Made by a program: the position numbers and the translations under genes. A stretch of DNA of 64,000 nucleotides from Polyangiales bacterium (GTDB lineage Bacteria; Myxococcota_A; Polyangia; Polyangiales; Polyangiaceae), in contig JBBRNJ010000010.1 in NCBI GenBank assembly GCA_038230375.1, forward strand, positions 64,001-128,000, given 5' to 3'. Shown here piece after piece: positions 54,065 to 63,241 of the stretch. The notes beneath the pieces were generated by a model, which saw nothing but the letters and a program-made list of their open reading frames with translations, did no database searches and was not told the DNA's origin. Every line of letters starts with the position of its first letter. Position 1 is the first letter of the stretch.

Positions 54065-55420
54065 TCAGTCCTCGCCGGTCATGTACTCGGGATGCTCCTC
54101 CATGAACTTCATCAGGATGGGCATCATCACGGGGGCAGCGAGCTCGCTCGGCGACGTCTCGGGTGACACCTCCTTGCAGACGTCGATGACGATGCCCAGC
54201 GCGCGCATGAACATCACGTTGTCCTGCGGCGTCTTGAAGGTCTCGAGATCGAGGATGGTCTTGAGCTCGCCCACGATCGATTTCACGGAGTCTCCGTCCT
54301 TTGGCGCGTGATCGAAGATCAGGGCGCGCGTCGCCGGGTCCGCGAACATCTGCTTGGCCCATTTTTCGAGCTTCGCGCGGTCGCTCTCGCCCACGGCGCC
54401 CTTCTGGATCAGGCCGTCCACGTAGAGCCTGGGGCGGTTGAAGTAGCCACCGAACATCTCCTTCTGCAGCCCCTCGCGCACGTGATCGGGTAGCCGCTTC
54501 ACCATGCCGAAATCAAGCAGCACAAGCTTGCCGTCGGGTGTGCAGAACACGTTGCCGGGATGGGGGTCCGCGTGGAACATCCCCGTCACGAATGCCTGGT
54601 AGAGGAACGAGCCCAGGTAGACGCGCATCAGCGCGAGCCTGTCGACGTTCCACTCGCGCAGCTTGTCCATGCAGTCCACGTTCGTGCCTTCGATGAAGCC
54701 GAGCGTGAGCACGCGGCGACGTGTGGTCTCCCAGTAGACCTTCGGGACCATCACGCCCTGCGATTCGAGGGAGCGACCGATCTCCTCCGTGGCCTTGCCT
54801 TCGAGCACCAGATCCAGTTCGCGCCGCAGCGGCTCCTCCGACTCGCGCAGGAGTATCGTCAGATCCACCTTCCGGAGCACGAGGCCGAGCGCGCGTAGCA
54901 GCAAGCCCATGAGCGCCAGGTCGATGGAGACGCTGCGTGCAAGGCCGGGGTGCTGCACCTTCACGACGACCTTCTCGCCTGTCTTCAGGCGAGCCATGTG
55001 CACCTGCGCCATGGACGCGGCGGCGATGGGCGTCTCGTCGATCTCGGCGAAGATCTCGAGGGGCGGCGCGCCCAGCTCCTCCTCCAGCACCGCCGCGATC
55101 TCCGCATAAGGAGTGGGCACAACCGCGTCGCGCAGCGTGCGCAGCTCCTCGCAGGTCTCCTTAGGCAGCAGGTGCGCCTGCATGGACGCGAGCTGCCCGA
55201 TCTTCACGTTCGCGCCCTTGAGCCTGCTCGCCGTGCGCGTGAAGCGCTGCGCATTCAGGCGATGCACCTTCGATGCGTGCTCCGCCGTGAGCCGCACGCG
55301 CAGCACCTTCGTGCGCAACAGCAACCACAGATAAGAGAGCACCACCCGCATCTGGAGCCAGACGAGCGCAAGGACGTGTCCCGCAGCGGAGCCCTTTGCG
55401 CTCAGTGGAACCCGGAGCAA
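54065..55420 (-). CDS. AarF/UbiB/ABC1 family atypical kinase (5' end uncertain)
   Basis: KIGQ, AAASMAQVH, VKVQHP, FHADPHPGN, LDFG. Confidence 0.9.
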   Translation of the reverse strand: MLRVPLSAKGSAAGHVLALVWLQMRVVLSYLWLLLRTKVLRVRLTAEHASKVHRLNAQRFTRTASRLKGANVKIGQLASMQAHLLPKETCEELRTLRDAVVPTPYAEIAAVLEEELGAPPLEIFAEIDETPIAAASMAQVHMARLKTGEKVVVKVQHPGLARSVSIDLALMGLLLRALGLVLRKVDLTILLRESEEPLRRELDLVLEGKATEEIGRSLESQGVMVPKVYWETTRRRVLTLGFIEGTNVDCMDKLREWNVDRLALMRVYLGSFLYQAFVTGMFHADPHPGNVFCTPDGKLVLLDFGMVKRLPDHVREGLQKEMFGGYFNRPRLYVDGLIQKGAVGESDRAKLEKWAKQMFADPATRALIFDHAPKDGDSVKSIVGELKTILDLETFKTPQDNVMFMRALGIVIDVCKEVSPETSPSELAAPVMMPILMKFMEEHPEYMTGED

Positions 55421-55536
55421 GGCAGGGCCCGCAGCGGGGCCGTTTCATCGGCCGTGGCGGACGACTTGCCCGAACCCGCGCCCACCGGCATGAGTCTGTG
55501 CGCGACGAGCGCGACCGCAGTGGTCAGCTTACGCAT
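55402..55536 (-). other. 44-codon leaderless ORF overlapping the ABC1 5' end (uORF or frameshifted true N-terminus)
   Basis: TATGCT-N6-ATG, reads MRKLTTAVALVAH...PCSGFH*, out of frame with the kinase ORF. Confidence 0.45.
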
Positions 55537-55542
55537 CCGTCG

Positions 55543-55548
55543 AGCATA
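55543..55548 (-). promoter_or_regulatory. -10 box TATGCT, leaderless start
   Basis: 6 nt before ATG at 55536. Confidence 0.5.
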
Positions 55549-55579
55549 GCGCGCGTCATGCCGGTGTGTGCAGACTCAC

Positions 55580-55915
55580 TCACATGCCCGGAACGGGCAT
55601 CACTTCGATGATCTCGATGAACCCATCCCCCATCATGAAGTGCGGATGCCCCTTCATGGTGGCGGCGAGCTCCTCCTTGGACTCCGCCTGCAGCAGCGAG
55701 TAGCCGCCCAGATCATTGGTGATGGGCGCAGTGGCGCCCTCGGTGACGCGGAGGCTCTTGCCAAGGGGCGCGCCCATGTCGACGATCGCCGACGCGGACT
55801 TCTTGCTCCACGTCATCCACGCCTCCATGCCGGCCTTCTGCTGCTCCGGCGTCGCTGTCTTCATCTTTTCGAATGCGGAAGCGGGTGCCTTGTAGAGAAC
55901 GAGAAATTTCTTCAT
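55580..55915 (-). CDS. YciI/YCII-related small protein
   Basis: AAGGAG SD; MKKFLVLY, W..W, D.GAPLG, GGYS..QAES, HPH, IEI.E motifs. Confidence 0.85.
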   Translation of the reverse strand: MKKFLVLYKAPASAFEKMKTATPEQQKAGMEAWMTWSKKSASAIVDMGAPLGKSLRVTEGATAPITNDLGGYSLLQAESKEELAATMKGHPHFMMGDGFIEIIEVMPVPGM

Positions 55916-55981
55916 GGTGATCTCCTTGCCAGCGGGCGTACGCCCATTCGGGTCACGCCGCAACGGTGCGCGGACCCGGAG

Positions 55982-58189
55982 CTATGGCCGCGTGAGCGCG
56001 CGGCCCTTGGCGAGCTCCTGCGGCGATTTCGAGCAGGTCGTGCTCGGCTCCGCATGCAGCACCGCCAGGCGGCGGAGCTCCTCCGCGTCCTTCGCCGCGC
56101 GCGCGACCTCGGAAGCGAGCACGAACAGGTCCATGCCGCCTGGCTTCCTGCACACGGACGCCAGCGCCGCCGCCAGATGCTTCTCCGCCTCCGCGGTGTG
56201 TCCGTATGCCAGCAGCAAACCAGCAGCGCTCTTCCGTGCGTCCACCGTCAGCCAGACCGCATCGGGGGCGGCCTCCACAATGTCGTCGTGCGCGCTCACC
56301 GCATCCGCGACAGGCGCCGGGAGCTCCTCCTGCGGACGCACGCGAACCGGCGAGTGCAGGGTCCGATCGCGCGGGGCGAGACCTAGCGTCCCGTGGCTCG
56401 ATGCGAAGCGTGCCTCCTCGTAGCGGAGGTGGAGATCCGCAAGGTCGACGAGAGCACGCGCGGCGTTCACGCGCGGCGGCCCGGCATCGGCGTCATCACG
56501 AACGCGGCGGCCGGCGATCGTGGCCTCCGTCCAGCTGGCAGCGTTGATGGTGGCCCCGCTTCGTGTCAGCCACGAGAGCTCCGACATCCGGACCGCAGCG
56601 AGCTGCGCGCGGGCCTGCGGAGCCTGCGCGCCGGCTGTGGCGCGCGTCGTCCACACGTCCACGGCGCGCTTGAAATGGCCCAGCGCCGTCGCATCATCTA
56701 CGGGCAGCGGGCCCTTCGCGCGCGCCGCTGCGTCAAGCGAGCCAACGAGCGACGCGAGGGCCTGCGCCAGCTCACGCGGGGCGTCGTTCGCGAGCAGTGT
56801 CGCAGCGGCGAGCGCGTCGGCGTCGTTCGCGTTCGCGCTGCGCCAGGGGGATCCAGTGGCGACAAATGCGACAACGTCGTCCCACGCAGCCACCGCGCGG
56901 ACCCATCGGGGCACAGCCGTGTCAGTGCGCATCGTGCGCGCCGCCATGCCGTTCACACGCGCAATCGCCTGGAGGACGCGCGGGGCGTCGCGATGGTTCG
57001 GGAAGCGCTGCCGGAGCTCGCCAAAGGTCAGAAGCGCGTTCTGGAACTGGTTCAACTCCACGTACAGGTGCGCGAGCGCCGCCAGCACGTCGGGAGCGAA
57101 CGCACGCTCCTTTGGCGCCAGCGAAGGATCGAGCGCACGTTCGAGCGCGATCCGAAGCTTTGCCTCCACCACGTCTGGGTGGACCTCCGTGTCGATCACG
57201 TCGGGCCGAGCGATGACAGGGGCATCGGCGGGAGGGCCCTCGTAGTCGACGTGGGCCAGCGCGTCCGCGAGGAGCATGAGAGCCTCTTCGCGCTCGACCG
57301 GGGCGCATGCCATGGTCTCCTCGCAGAGGATGAGCGCCCGCGAGAGCTCCTCTGCTGCAGCGTGATATCGCTCGTGCGCGTGCAGTGCGCCGCCGAGCTC
57401 GAGCCGCGCGTGGCGCATCGCTGGGCCGCGCGGGACGCTCGCACCCGCGCGGACCGCGTGCTGATACGCCTCGATCGCGCGCGGAACGACGAATGGTCCT
57501 CCGCGTCCATCGCGCGTGCGGTGCGCACGAGCCACAGCGATCCATGCCGCGACGCGCGCCTCCGCATTCACGGGGTCCCCGACGTTGTCCGGGCACGGGC
57601 CGTAGAGGGAAACGTAGTGTGTGTCGGCGTCGTCGGCCGTCTTCGTCTTCGACTTCGGCGCCATGTCGGTCGGCGTTGGATGGGCCGCCTCCCACCGATT
57701 CCAGTAGGGAAGATCGTGGTCCTGCGGAAGCGGGTCCACCCGTGCAGCGGCGCCGTCCGCTCCCGGCGCGTAGGCGAATCGAGATGGACACGCGACGTGG
57801 CGTCGCAGCGCGTCCGCCTCTTCAAGCGCCAGTGCGGCGTCGAGTCCCGAACTCAGCATCGTTGCGATCTCGCGGGAGCGCGGCCCCTCGGGCACACGAA
57901 CGTACAGCCGTCGGAGCGCCTGCGCGGCAGCAGGATCCATGGCGCTCGCGTGGTGGACCGCTGCGATCTTCTCGAGCGCGATGAGCGCACGGTCGCCTGC
58001 AGCGGGGTCGGCGGCGATCGCCTCCAGCTCCGCGACCGATCCCGGCAGTGGATCGATCTCGAGCGGCGGCACGGGCGCAGTGGGCGGCGGCCTGGATGGA
58101 TGCAAAGGAGTGGGAGGGGCTGACGCGGGGCAACCGCACATCAGGAGCGCCAGCAGAAACAGGCTACGGCGCAACGGACACCTTGCCAT
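55982..58189 (-). CDS. TPR-repeat lipoprotein, possibly a divergent GltD/AgmU-like protein
   Basis: Lipobox MCG-C; TPR-like helices ('LA..Y.EL.QF.NA..TF....RFP.HRDAP'); the GltD likeness is recalled similarity only. Confidence 0.65.
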   Translation of the reverse strand: MARCPLRRSLFLLALLMCGCPASAPPTPLHPSRPPPTAPVPPLEIDPLPGSVAELEAIAADPAAGDRALIALEKIAAVHHASAMDPAAAQALRRLYVRVPEGPRSREIATMLSSGLDAALALEEADALRRHVACPSRFAYAPGADGAAARVDPLPQDHDLPYWNRWEAAHPTPTDMAPKSKTKTADDADTHYVSLYGPCPDNVGDPVNAEARVAAWIAVARAHRTRDGRGGPFVVPRAIEAYQHAVRAGASVPRGPAMRHARLELGGALHAHERYHAAAEELSRALILCEETMACAPVEREEALMLLADALAHVDYEGPPADAPVIARPDVIDTEVHPDVVEAKLRIALERALDPSLAPKERAFAPDVLAALAHLYVELNQFQNALLTFGELRQRFPNHRDAPRVLQAIARVNGMAARTMRTDTAVPRWVRAVAAWDDVVAFVATGSPWRSANANDADALAAATLLANDAPRELAQALASLVGSLDAAARAKGPLPVDDATALGHFKRAVDVWTTRATAGAQAPQARAQLAAVRMSELSWLTRSGATINAASWTEATIAGRRVRDDADAGPPRVNAARALVDLADLHLRYEEARFASSHGTLGLAPRDRTLHSPVRVRPQEELPAPVADAVSAHDDIVEAAPDAVWLTVDARKSAAGLLLAYGHTAEAEKHLAAALASVCRKPGGMDLFVLASEVARAAKDAEELRRLAVLHAEPSTTCSKSPQELAKGRALTRP

Positions 58190-59033
58190 CGGCTGCGACG
58201 CTCAACCGTACATCCACATGGGCGAGCCGCCCGCGCGGCTCGGGCCACGTCGCTTGCATCGCGCAGCTCACTATCGGCGCCGCGTCCTTTGCGTCGCTCG
58301 TCACCACCAGCCGGGCCACGTCGCCCGCGCTCGTGACGAGCAGGCGAACATCCAGGACGGCAGCGGCCGCAGCGGGAGCCGTGGTCGCCGGGCGATTCGT
58401 AGCCACGCACGACTCCAGCAGACGCGTGGTTGCACGCACCGCGCGAAACGCAGGCGGCGGCGGCTGTGCACCAAGGCGCATGGGGATGGGACCCACCACG
58501 AGCATCGTCGCGTCGGCGTCGACCGTGAACGGAAGCTGCGGACGCTGGGCCGCGCGTGGCTCGCCGAGCACGAGTGCGACGCGCAAGAGCGCCCCCACCG
58601 CCCCAGGCGGATCGAAAATCAGTGCCACGAGCTTCCTCTTGAAGCAAGCAAGGGCAACGTCGGCGACCGGGCCGTGCGCATCCAGCGTGACGGACATGAC
58701 CTCTCCGTTGGGACCGATCTTGATGGCCGCGTCCACCTGAGCCACGGTCTTCGGATCCTCTGCGAGCGCGATCTCGTGACAGCTCGTCAGCGCCCGTCGC
58801 GCCCCTTCGATCGTGCGCCGGTGCGTGGTCGCGTACCTGGACGGTCGATCAAGGATGGTGAGATCGCTGAGTACGATGACGTGACGTGCGGGCGCCGGCG
58901 GGTCCGCGGCGCCGTTTCGCGAGACGAGGAACGCACCAGACGCGATGAGCGCCGTGACGATCCGCCGCCTCAAAGGCCACCCCCGCGCTGTGACATCCCC
59001 GGGTGCATGGCCATCGAGCCTATCGCCCCTCAT
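58164..59033 (-). CDS. exported protein with AgmX/PglI-like (TonB-C-like) domains
   Basis: 'L.SC.E.AL.EDP...A.V....I...GEV..V....V..AC....L..L.F.PP' motif, with a second degenerate copy; start uncertain. Confidence 0.7.
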   Translation of the reverse strand: MRGDRLDGHAPGDVTARGWPLRRRIVTALIASGAFLVSRNGAADPPAPARHVIVLSDLTILDRPSRYATTHRRTIEGARRALTSCHEIALAEDPKTVAQVDAAIKIGPNGEVMSVTLDAHGPVADVALACFKRKLVALIFDPPGAVGALLRVALVLGEPRAAQRPQLPFTVDADATMLVVGPIPMRLGAQPPPPAFRAVRATTRLLESCVATNRPATTAPAAAAAVLDVRLLVTSAGDVARLVVTSDAKDAAPIVSCAMQATWPEPRGRLAHVDVRLSVAADGKVSVAP

Positions 59034-59063
59034 GTACGCGCGCCACGTCGACGCGCGCGGCGC

Positions 59064-59840
59064 TCAGAAGAATGGGCTCTTCTGTCGCGTGGCCGTCGCG
59101 CGCCAGCCTGCGCGTGCAAGCGACTCCGTGAAGCGCGCAAGGAAGGAGTCGCACGCGGCCTCGTCGGTGCGCACGCGGAACTTCGCGTCGCCGATCCACT
59201 GGACGACCACGTCGCCGTCCACGTAGAACAGCTCGTTGCCCGGGTTCAGCTCCACGCCCTCGTGATCGGGCGCCAGGTCGGAGAGCAGATGCGAGATCGC
59301 CTCGTAGGGGTCACCACCTTCGCCGGCAATCTCGACCTCGTGCTCCACGCGACCCAGGTGCGACTCGAACCACGGCTTCTTCGACCGCTCCCAGTAGCTG
59401 CCATCCGAGAACCAGCCCAGCGCCTCCGCAAAGTCCTCCGAGATCTCGATCTCCTGGCGGTGCCGCGGAAACACGAAGAGCATGTCAGGCATGCCAAGAT
59501 GCACCGTGAGCATGTCGCCGTCGATCGAGACCGCCACGGGCACGAGCTGGTCCGTCTCACCCGGCTTCACGTAGTCGCTGAAGCCAGGCCACGCATTCGT
59601 GTGCTCTGGCGCGAACACGCGATGCTTCTTCATGAGGTCGCGCTGCGCAAGGATCCCCGCTGGCCCCAGCACGCGCAGCACACCCACGAACGACCCGGCG
59701 CCGAAGCGCTCGAGGAACGCGCGATGGCTCTTGGGCAGCGTTCCGCCCAGTGATAGAGCGAGCGCCGCCGTCTCCTCCGCCGTCGAGCGCGCGAGCTGCT
59801 TGGTGACCACCCAGATGTCGTCGAGCCCCAGCGCAGGCAT
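59064..59840 (-). CDS. SMI1/KNR4 (SUKH) family protein
   Basis: 'LG.TLP.S.R.FL..FG.G', 'LVPVA.S.DGD.L', 'F.EAL.W'; ATG abuts the upstream stop. Confidence 0.7.
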   Translation of the reverse strand: MPALGLDDIWVVTKQLARSTAEETAALALSLGGTLPKSHRAFLERFGAGSFVGVLRVLGPAGILAQRDLMKKHRVFAPEHTNAWPGFSDYVKPGETDQLVPVAVSIDGDMLTVHLGMPDMLFVFPRHRQEIEISEDFAEALGWFSDGSYWERSKKPWFESHLGRVEHEVEIAGEGGDPYEAISHLLSDLAPDHEGVELNPGNELFYVDGDVVVQWIGDAKFRVRTDEAACDSFLARFTESLARAGWRATATRQKSPFF

Positions 59841-60641
59841 CTACGGTGTCGTGACCATGTAGTAGTCGATGAACGTGTCGACGGGCGCTGACGATGGCAT
59901 GCCGATGCCCACCCGAACGCTCTGGAGCTGGATGACGTTGTTCGTCAGCGAGTCGGCCATGCCGCCGGCATCTTGCAGAGTGAGCTGGTTACCGACGTAC
60001 TGCACCGTCGCCACCTGGTCGATCGTCGTGTCCATGTCGACCTTGAGGGTGCCGTTGGGCGCGGTGAGCGTCAGCTGCGCGCTCGACGCTGCCAGCGTCA
60101 GCGGGCCGTTGATGGTGGTGAGCACTGCGATCTCGACGTCGCCTACCGTCGCGCCGATGTGAAACCTGATCGTGAACGTGTAGTTCGGTAGCGCCGTAGC
60201 GAAGCTTTTGCTGGCGTTGAACGCCTCGTTGACGGTCGACGGGGCGTGGCCATGAGCCCTGCCTGTCTCGAGGGTGAGGCTGGCCGGACCTGCAGCGGGA
60301 GGGTTGAAATGGCCTTGGCCTGCGAAGGAGCCCTGGTACCAACCTGCGAGGAGCGACGATTCGTCGAAGTCCTGGCAGAGGAATGGAAGAGGCATCTGCA
60401 TCGCGCAGAACTGGCTCCCGGCCGCGTCGTTGCTGCTGCCGCCGTCGCCGCCATCGACGATGACCGCACCATCTGGCCCGCCGCCGTCGCCGCTGCCGTT
60501 CGTGTCGCCTCCCTCGGACGTTGCTCCATCCGCCGCTGCGTCAGCGCTGTTGGGTGGCGTGGCGTCGCTCCCTCCAAACGCGCTGCAGGCCGCTGCGCCA
60601 AGCGCTACTCCCACGCCAACGACGGCGGTGCGGCCCTTCAT
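59841..60641 (-). CDS. lipoprotein with D/G-rich linker and ConA-like beta-sandwich domain
   Basis: Lipobox AAA-C; DGG repeats; 'FC......LCQDFDE' motif; ends FIDYYMV. Confidence 0.8.
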   Translation of the reverse strand: MKGRTAVVGVGVALGAAACSAFGGSDATPPNSADAAADGATSEGGDTNGSGDGGGPDGAVIVDGGDGGSSNDAAGSQFCAMQMPLPFLCQDFDESSLLAGWYQGSFAGQGHFNPPAAGPASLTLETGRAHGHAPSTVNEAFNASKSFATALPNYTFTIRFHIGATVGDVEIAVLTTINGPLTLAASSAQLTLTAPNGTLKVDMDTTIDQVATVQYVGNQLTLQDAGGMADSLTNNVIQLQSVRVGIGMPSSAPVDTFIDYYMVTTP

Positions 60642-60647
60642 GAACGG

Positions 60648-60653
60648 AGCATA
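60648..60653 (-). promoter_or_regulatory. -10 box TATGCT, leaderless start
   Basis: 6 nt before ATG at 60641. Confidence 0.55.
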
Positions 60654-60758
60654 GCAGCGCGATCGGCAGCGCGCCGCTCTGGCGCCGCAGGTGATGATGG
60701 CTCAAGGAGAGGCAGGCAAAGAAGTAGTTCGCCGGACGCTGTGCCATGATGCGCGCGC

Positions 60759-61328
60759 ATGGTGGTTCGCTTGCTTCCGCGGGTGATGGTGCTGTTCCTG
60801 TTCGGGGCGGTCGCGATCTCGTTCTTCGACGGGTTCCACACGCACTCCGGGACCACGCGCTACACGACCATCGTCGCGCTGCAGGCTGCGTGGTGGGTGC
60901 CGCTCCTGTTCGGCGCGTCCGTCGGGCTCGGCGGCCCTGCATTCGCGATCGGATATCGCACGCTTGGTGGTGCGCGCGAGCCTCCGCCGTGGTCCGCGCT
61001 CGCGGCGGCGTTCGTCGCGTTCGGCGCGCTCTATTTCTTCAGCGGCTTCTTCCACGGCGCGAACGCGTGGAAGCTCTGCGTGCTCTCCTTGGGCGCTGCG
61101 ACGTTGTGGGGCGTGCTCGATCGCACCTGGCAGGGCGCGGCCTGTGCGCTGGGGGCTGCGCTCGCGGGGCCCGGCGTGGAGGTGGTGCTCACCCACGTGG
61201 GCGCGTTCGAGCATCTCCAGGCGGATTTTCTCGGCATCCCGATGTGGCTGCCTGCGCTCTATGCGTGCGCTGCGCCGGTCCTCGGGCATGGCTCGCGCCG
61301 CTTCCTCTGGCCCCCTGCAACCACCTGA
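60759..61328 (+). CDS. six-TM membrane protein (DUF2878/INSIG-like)
   Basis: Internally duplicated 'D.FH..SG...Y...WWVPLLFG' / 'E..L...G.F.H..AD..GIP.WLP.LY' halves. Confidence 0.7.
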   Translation: MVVRLLPRVMVLFLFGAVAISFFDGFHTHSGTTRYTTIVALQAAWWVPLLFGASVGLGGPAFAIGYRTLGGAREPPPWSALAAAFVAFGALYFFSGFFHGANAWKLCVLSLGAATLWGVLDRTWQGAACALGAALAGPGVEVVLTHVGAFEHLQADFLGIPMWLPALYACAAPVLGHGSRRFLWPPATT

Positions 61329-61338
61329 GCTCACGACC

Positions 61339-62715
61339 TCACTTCTTCCCGGAGCCAGGATCTGGAGGCGCGTTCTTCGGCGCAAGGTCGAACGTGATCT
61401 CAAGCGCCGCGAACGCGTTGTCGCGGGCGAATTGTAGCTCGTGAAGTGAGTGTATGATGCACGCAGTTGCTCGCTCGTCGTAAAATGTGCTGCTGACCTT
61501 CGAGCCCTGCACGGGCGCGCCGTTCCGATCGAGCACGAGCTTCACCGTCAACGTTCCATGCAGCGGCCCGATCGTGCCAAGGCCACCCCCAGGGGCCGGG
61601 CGATGGGTTGCGGCCTCGGCATAGCAAGCGAGCACGCGCGGAAGCCCGCTGTTGACCACGGCGCGCGCCGCGTCGGTCGCCTTCCCGCCGGGTGTGCCCG
61701 CGTCACTGCTTCCTTCAGCAGGGAGGTCGAGTGAGAGCCTCTTCGTGGACACCTTCACCTCCCAGTCCTTCGCTTCCGGAGGCAGCGGCGGTACCTCTTC
61801 GTGCGGGGGATCTGCGCACGGGTTCGTCGCCACGAACCGCGCGGCCTCGAAGCGATGCGACGACACGTTCCCAGCGCGCACCAGCACACGCAGCGCGTCC
61901 AGGAGCCGCGCGTTCTCCGGCGTGACGAGGTCGAGTCGGGAGCAGGTCCCCTCGCACACGACGGACAGATCCGCCTCCAGCGACGCCGCACTTGCTTCGC
62001 GCACTGGACCGCAGCGTTCCCAGAAGCCCTCGGGGCCGCGCGCGGAGCGAGGTCCCGGCGGCTCGCTCGCCATCAGGTTCTGCCGCTCCGGATCGTTCCA
62101 CGATGAGGGCACCTTCAGCCTGCGCAAGGAGATGCCGGCGCTCGTGTCGATCACCGCGCCTGACCTCGGTGGTGGCGCGTCGTCTGGCTGCGGCGGTCCG
62201 AGCAGCCAGTAGGTGAACGCGGCGGTGATTCCGTCTGCGTGAATGGTCATCGCTGCATATCCGGCGTACGCGATGGTCGTGAGGAGGTTGCGTCCCTCCG
62301 CGATGGAGAGATCATCTTGCAGCGTCACGTCCGCCTCGAACGCGTAGGGCGTGCCCGGGTAGAGCACCTTCCAGTGTTCGCGCAGCCCGCGCAGCCGATC
62401 GTACACGGAGGTCACCTTGCCACCGTGAATCCAGAGTCGCCCTGCATCCACGGAGGGCGAGAGGTCGCTGCGCGCGCCGATGCGGACGCCGTTCACGAAG
62501 ATGTCGGTCTTCGTGACGACCATCGTCGGCGTTCGCAGCATCTCGCCCACGTGCTCGCCGCTGGCGATGCGCTTCTGCTCGAGAAGAAGTGAATCGGTGT
62601 CCACGTCGTCCACGGGATCGCCTTCGTGAACGTCCTTCTTCCGGCATGCGCTGACCGCGCAGAGGAGCGGAAGAAGAAAGAGGCCAGTCATGATGCGCCC
62701 ATGGAGCCGCCGCAT
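61339..62715 (-). CDS. lipoprotein with ExbD/AglS-like periplasmic domain and C-terminal AgmX/PglI-like domain
   Basis: Lipobox VSA-C; 'VYD.L...RE.WK.LYPG.PY...T.AYAGY'; C-terminal 'V.ACY.EA...P...L.G.LTV.L.LD..G....CI..L..LQF'. Confidence 0.7.
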   Translation of the reverse strand: MRRLHGRIMTGLFLLPLLCAVSACRKKDVHEGDPVDDVDTDSLLLEQKRIASGEHVGEMLRTPTMVVTKTDIFVNGVRIGARSDLSPSVDAGRLWIHGGKVTSVYDRLRGLREHWKVLYPGTPYAFEADVTLQDDLSIAEGRNLLTTIAYAGYAAMTIHADGITAAFTYWLLGPPQPDDAPPPRSGAVIDTSAGISLRRLKVPSSWNDPERQNLMASEPPGPRSARGPEGFWERCGPVREASAASLEADLSVVCEGTCSRLDLVTPENARLLDALRVLVRAGNVSSHRFEAARFVATNPCADPPHEEVPPLPPEAKDWEVKVSTKRLSLDLPAEGSSDAGTPGGKATDAARAVVNSGLPRVLACYAEAATHRPAPGGGLGTIGPLHGTLTVKLVLDRNGAPVQGSKVSSTFYDERATACIIHSLHELQFARDNAFAALEITFDLAPKNAPPDPGSGKK

Positions 62716-62722
62716 GCCACAG

Positions 62723-62728
62723 ATGCTA
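62723..62728 (-). promoter_or_regulatory. -10 box TAGCAT, leaderless start
   Basis: 7 nt before ATG at 62715. Confidence 0.5.
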
Positions 62729-62733
62729 CACGG

Positions 62734-63213
62734 TCAGTTCTCTGCGAGCGCTGACATGATCGCGAGCTGCGCGCGGCTGCTGATGGTGCGATTGCTCGCT
62801 TCGCCCGCCACGCTCATGCTGCTGCATTCGAACGAGAGCAGCAGCTCGAACGAGCGCCGGCCTTCGCGTGCGCGCACGGCGTAGTGCGGCTTCCAGCAGT
62901 CTCGCGCGTCGGTGGGCTCGTTCATCGCGCGCGTGAGCTCGGTCACGATGTGACGTCGCGCGTCGCGATCCTTCACCTCGACCTTCTTGCGCACCGGGAT
63001 GCCCTGGACGCGATCGCCGACGTCGTCGGTGGCGTCGGTCACGTTCGGTGCGAGCGCGTAGACGGTGAGGGAGTCGGGCTCTGCGAGGCCGTCGATGCTC
63101 GCGGGGTAGAGCGAGGCGCAGGCGGTGGGGAGGAGGGTCAGGGCTAGGGCCAGGGACGAGAGGCGGGCACGGGCACGGGCACGGGCACGGGCACGGGGGA
63201 GAGGGAGGGCCAC
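62734..63213 (-). CDS. hypothetical lipoprotein
   Basis: Probable GTG start at 63213; (RA)5 n-region, h-region and PTA-C lipobox; 'CW.PHYAVR...LLSFECS' motif. Confidence 0.7.
   Translation of the reverse strand: MALPLPRARARARARARLSSLALALTLLPTACASLYPASIDGLAEPDSLTVYALAPNVTDATDDVGDRVQGIPVRKKVEVKDRDARRHIVTELTRAMNEPTDARDCWKPHYAVRAREGRRSFELLLSFECSSMSVAGEASNRTISSRAQLAIMSALAEN
63165..63194. repeat. hexanucleotide microsatellite (GGGCAC)x5
   Basis: Five perfect copies read directly from the sequence. Confidence 0.92.
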
Positions 63214-63225
63214 CTTGGTTCGGTT

Positions 63226-63241
63226 TGCATGGTGGATGCCA
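63226..63241 (-). promoter_or_regulatory. candidate sigma54 promoter TGGCATC-CACC-ATGCA
   Basis: GG-N10-GC spacing; predicted +1 about 2 nt before GTG 63213; GTTGCCA/TGGCAAC inverted repeat upstream. Confidence 0.45.
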
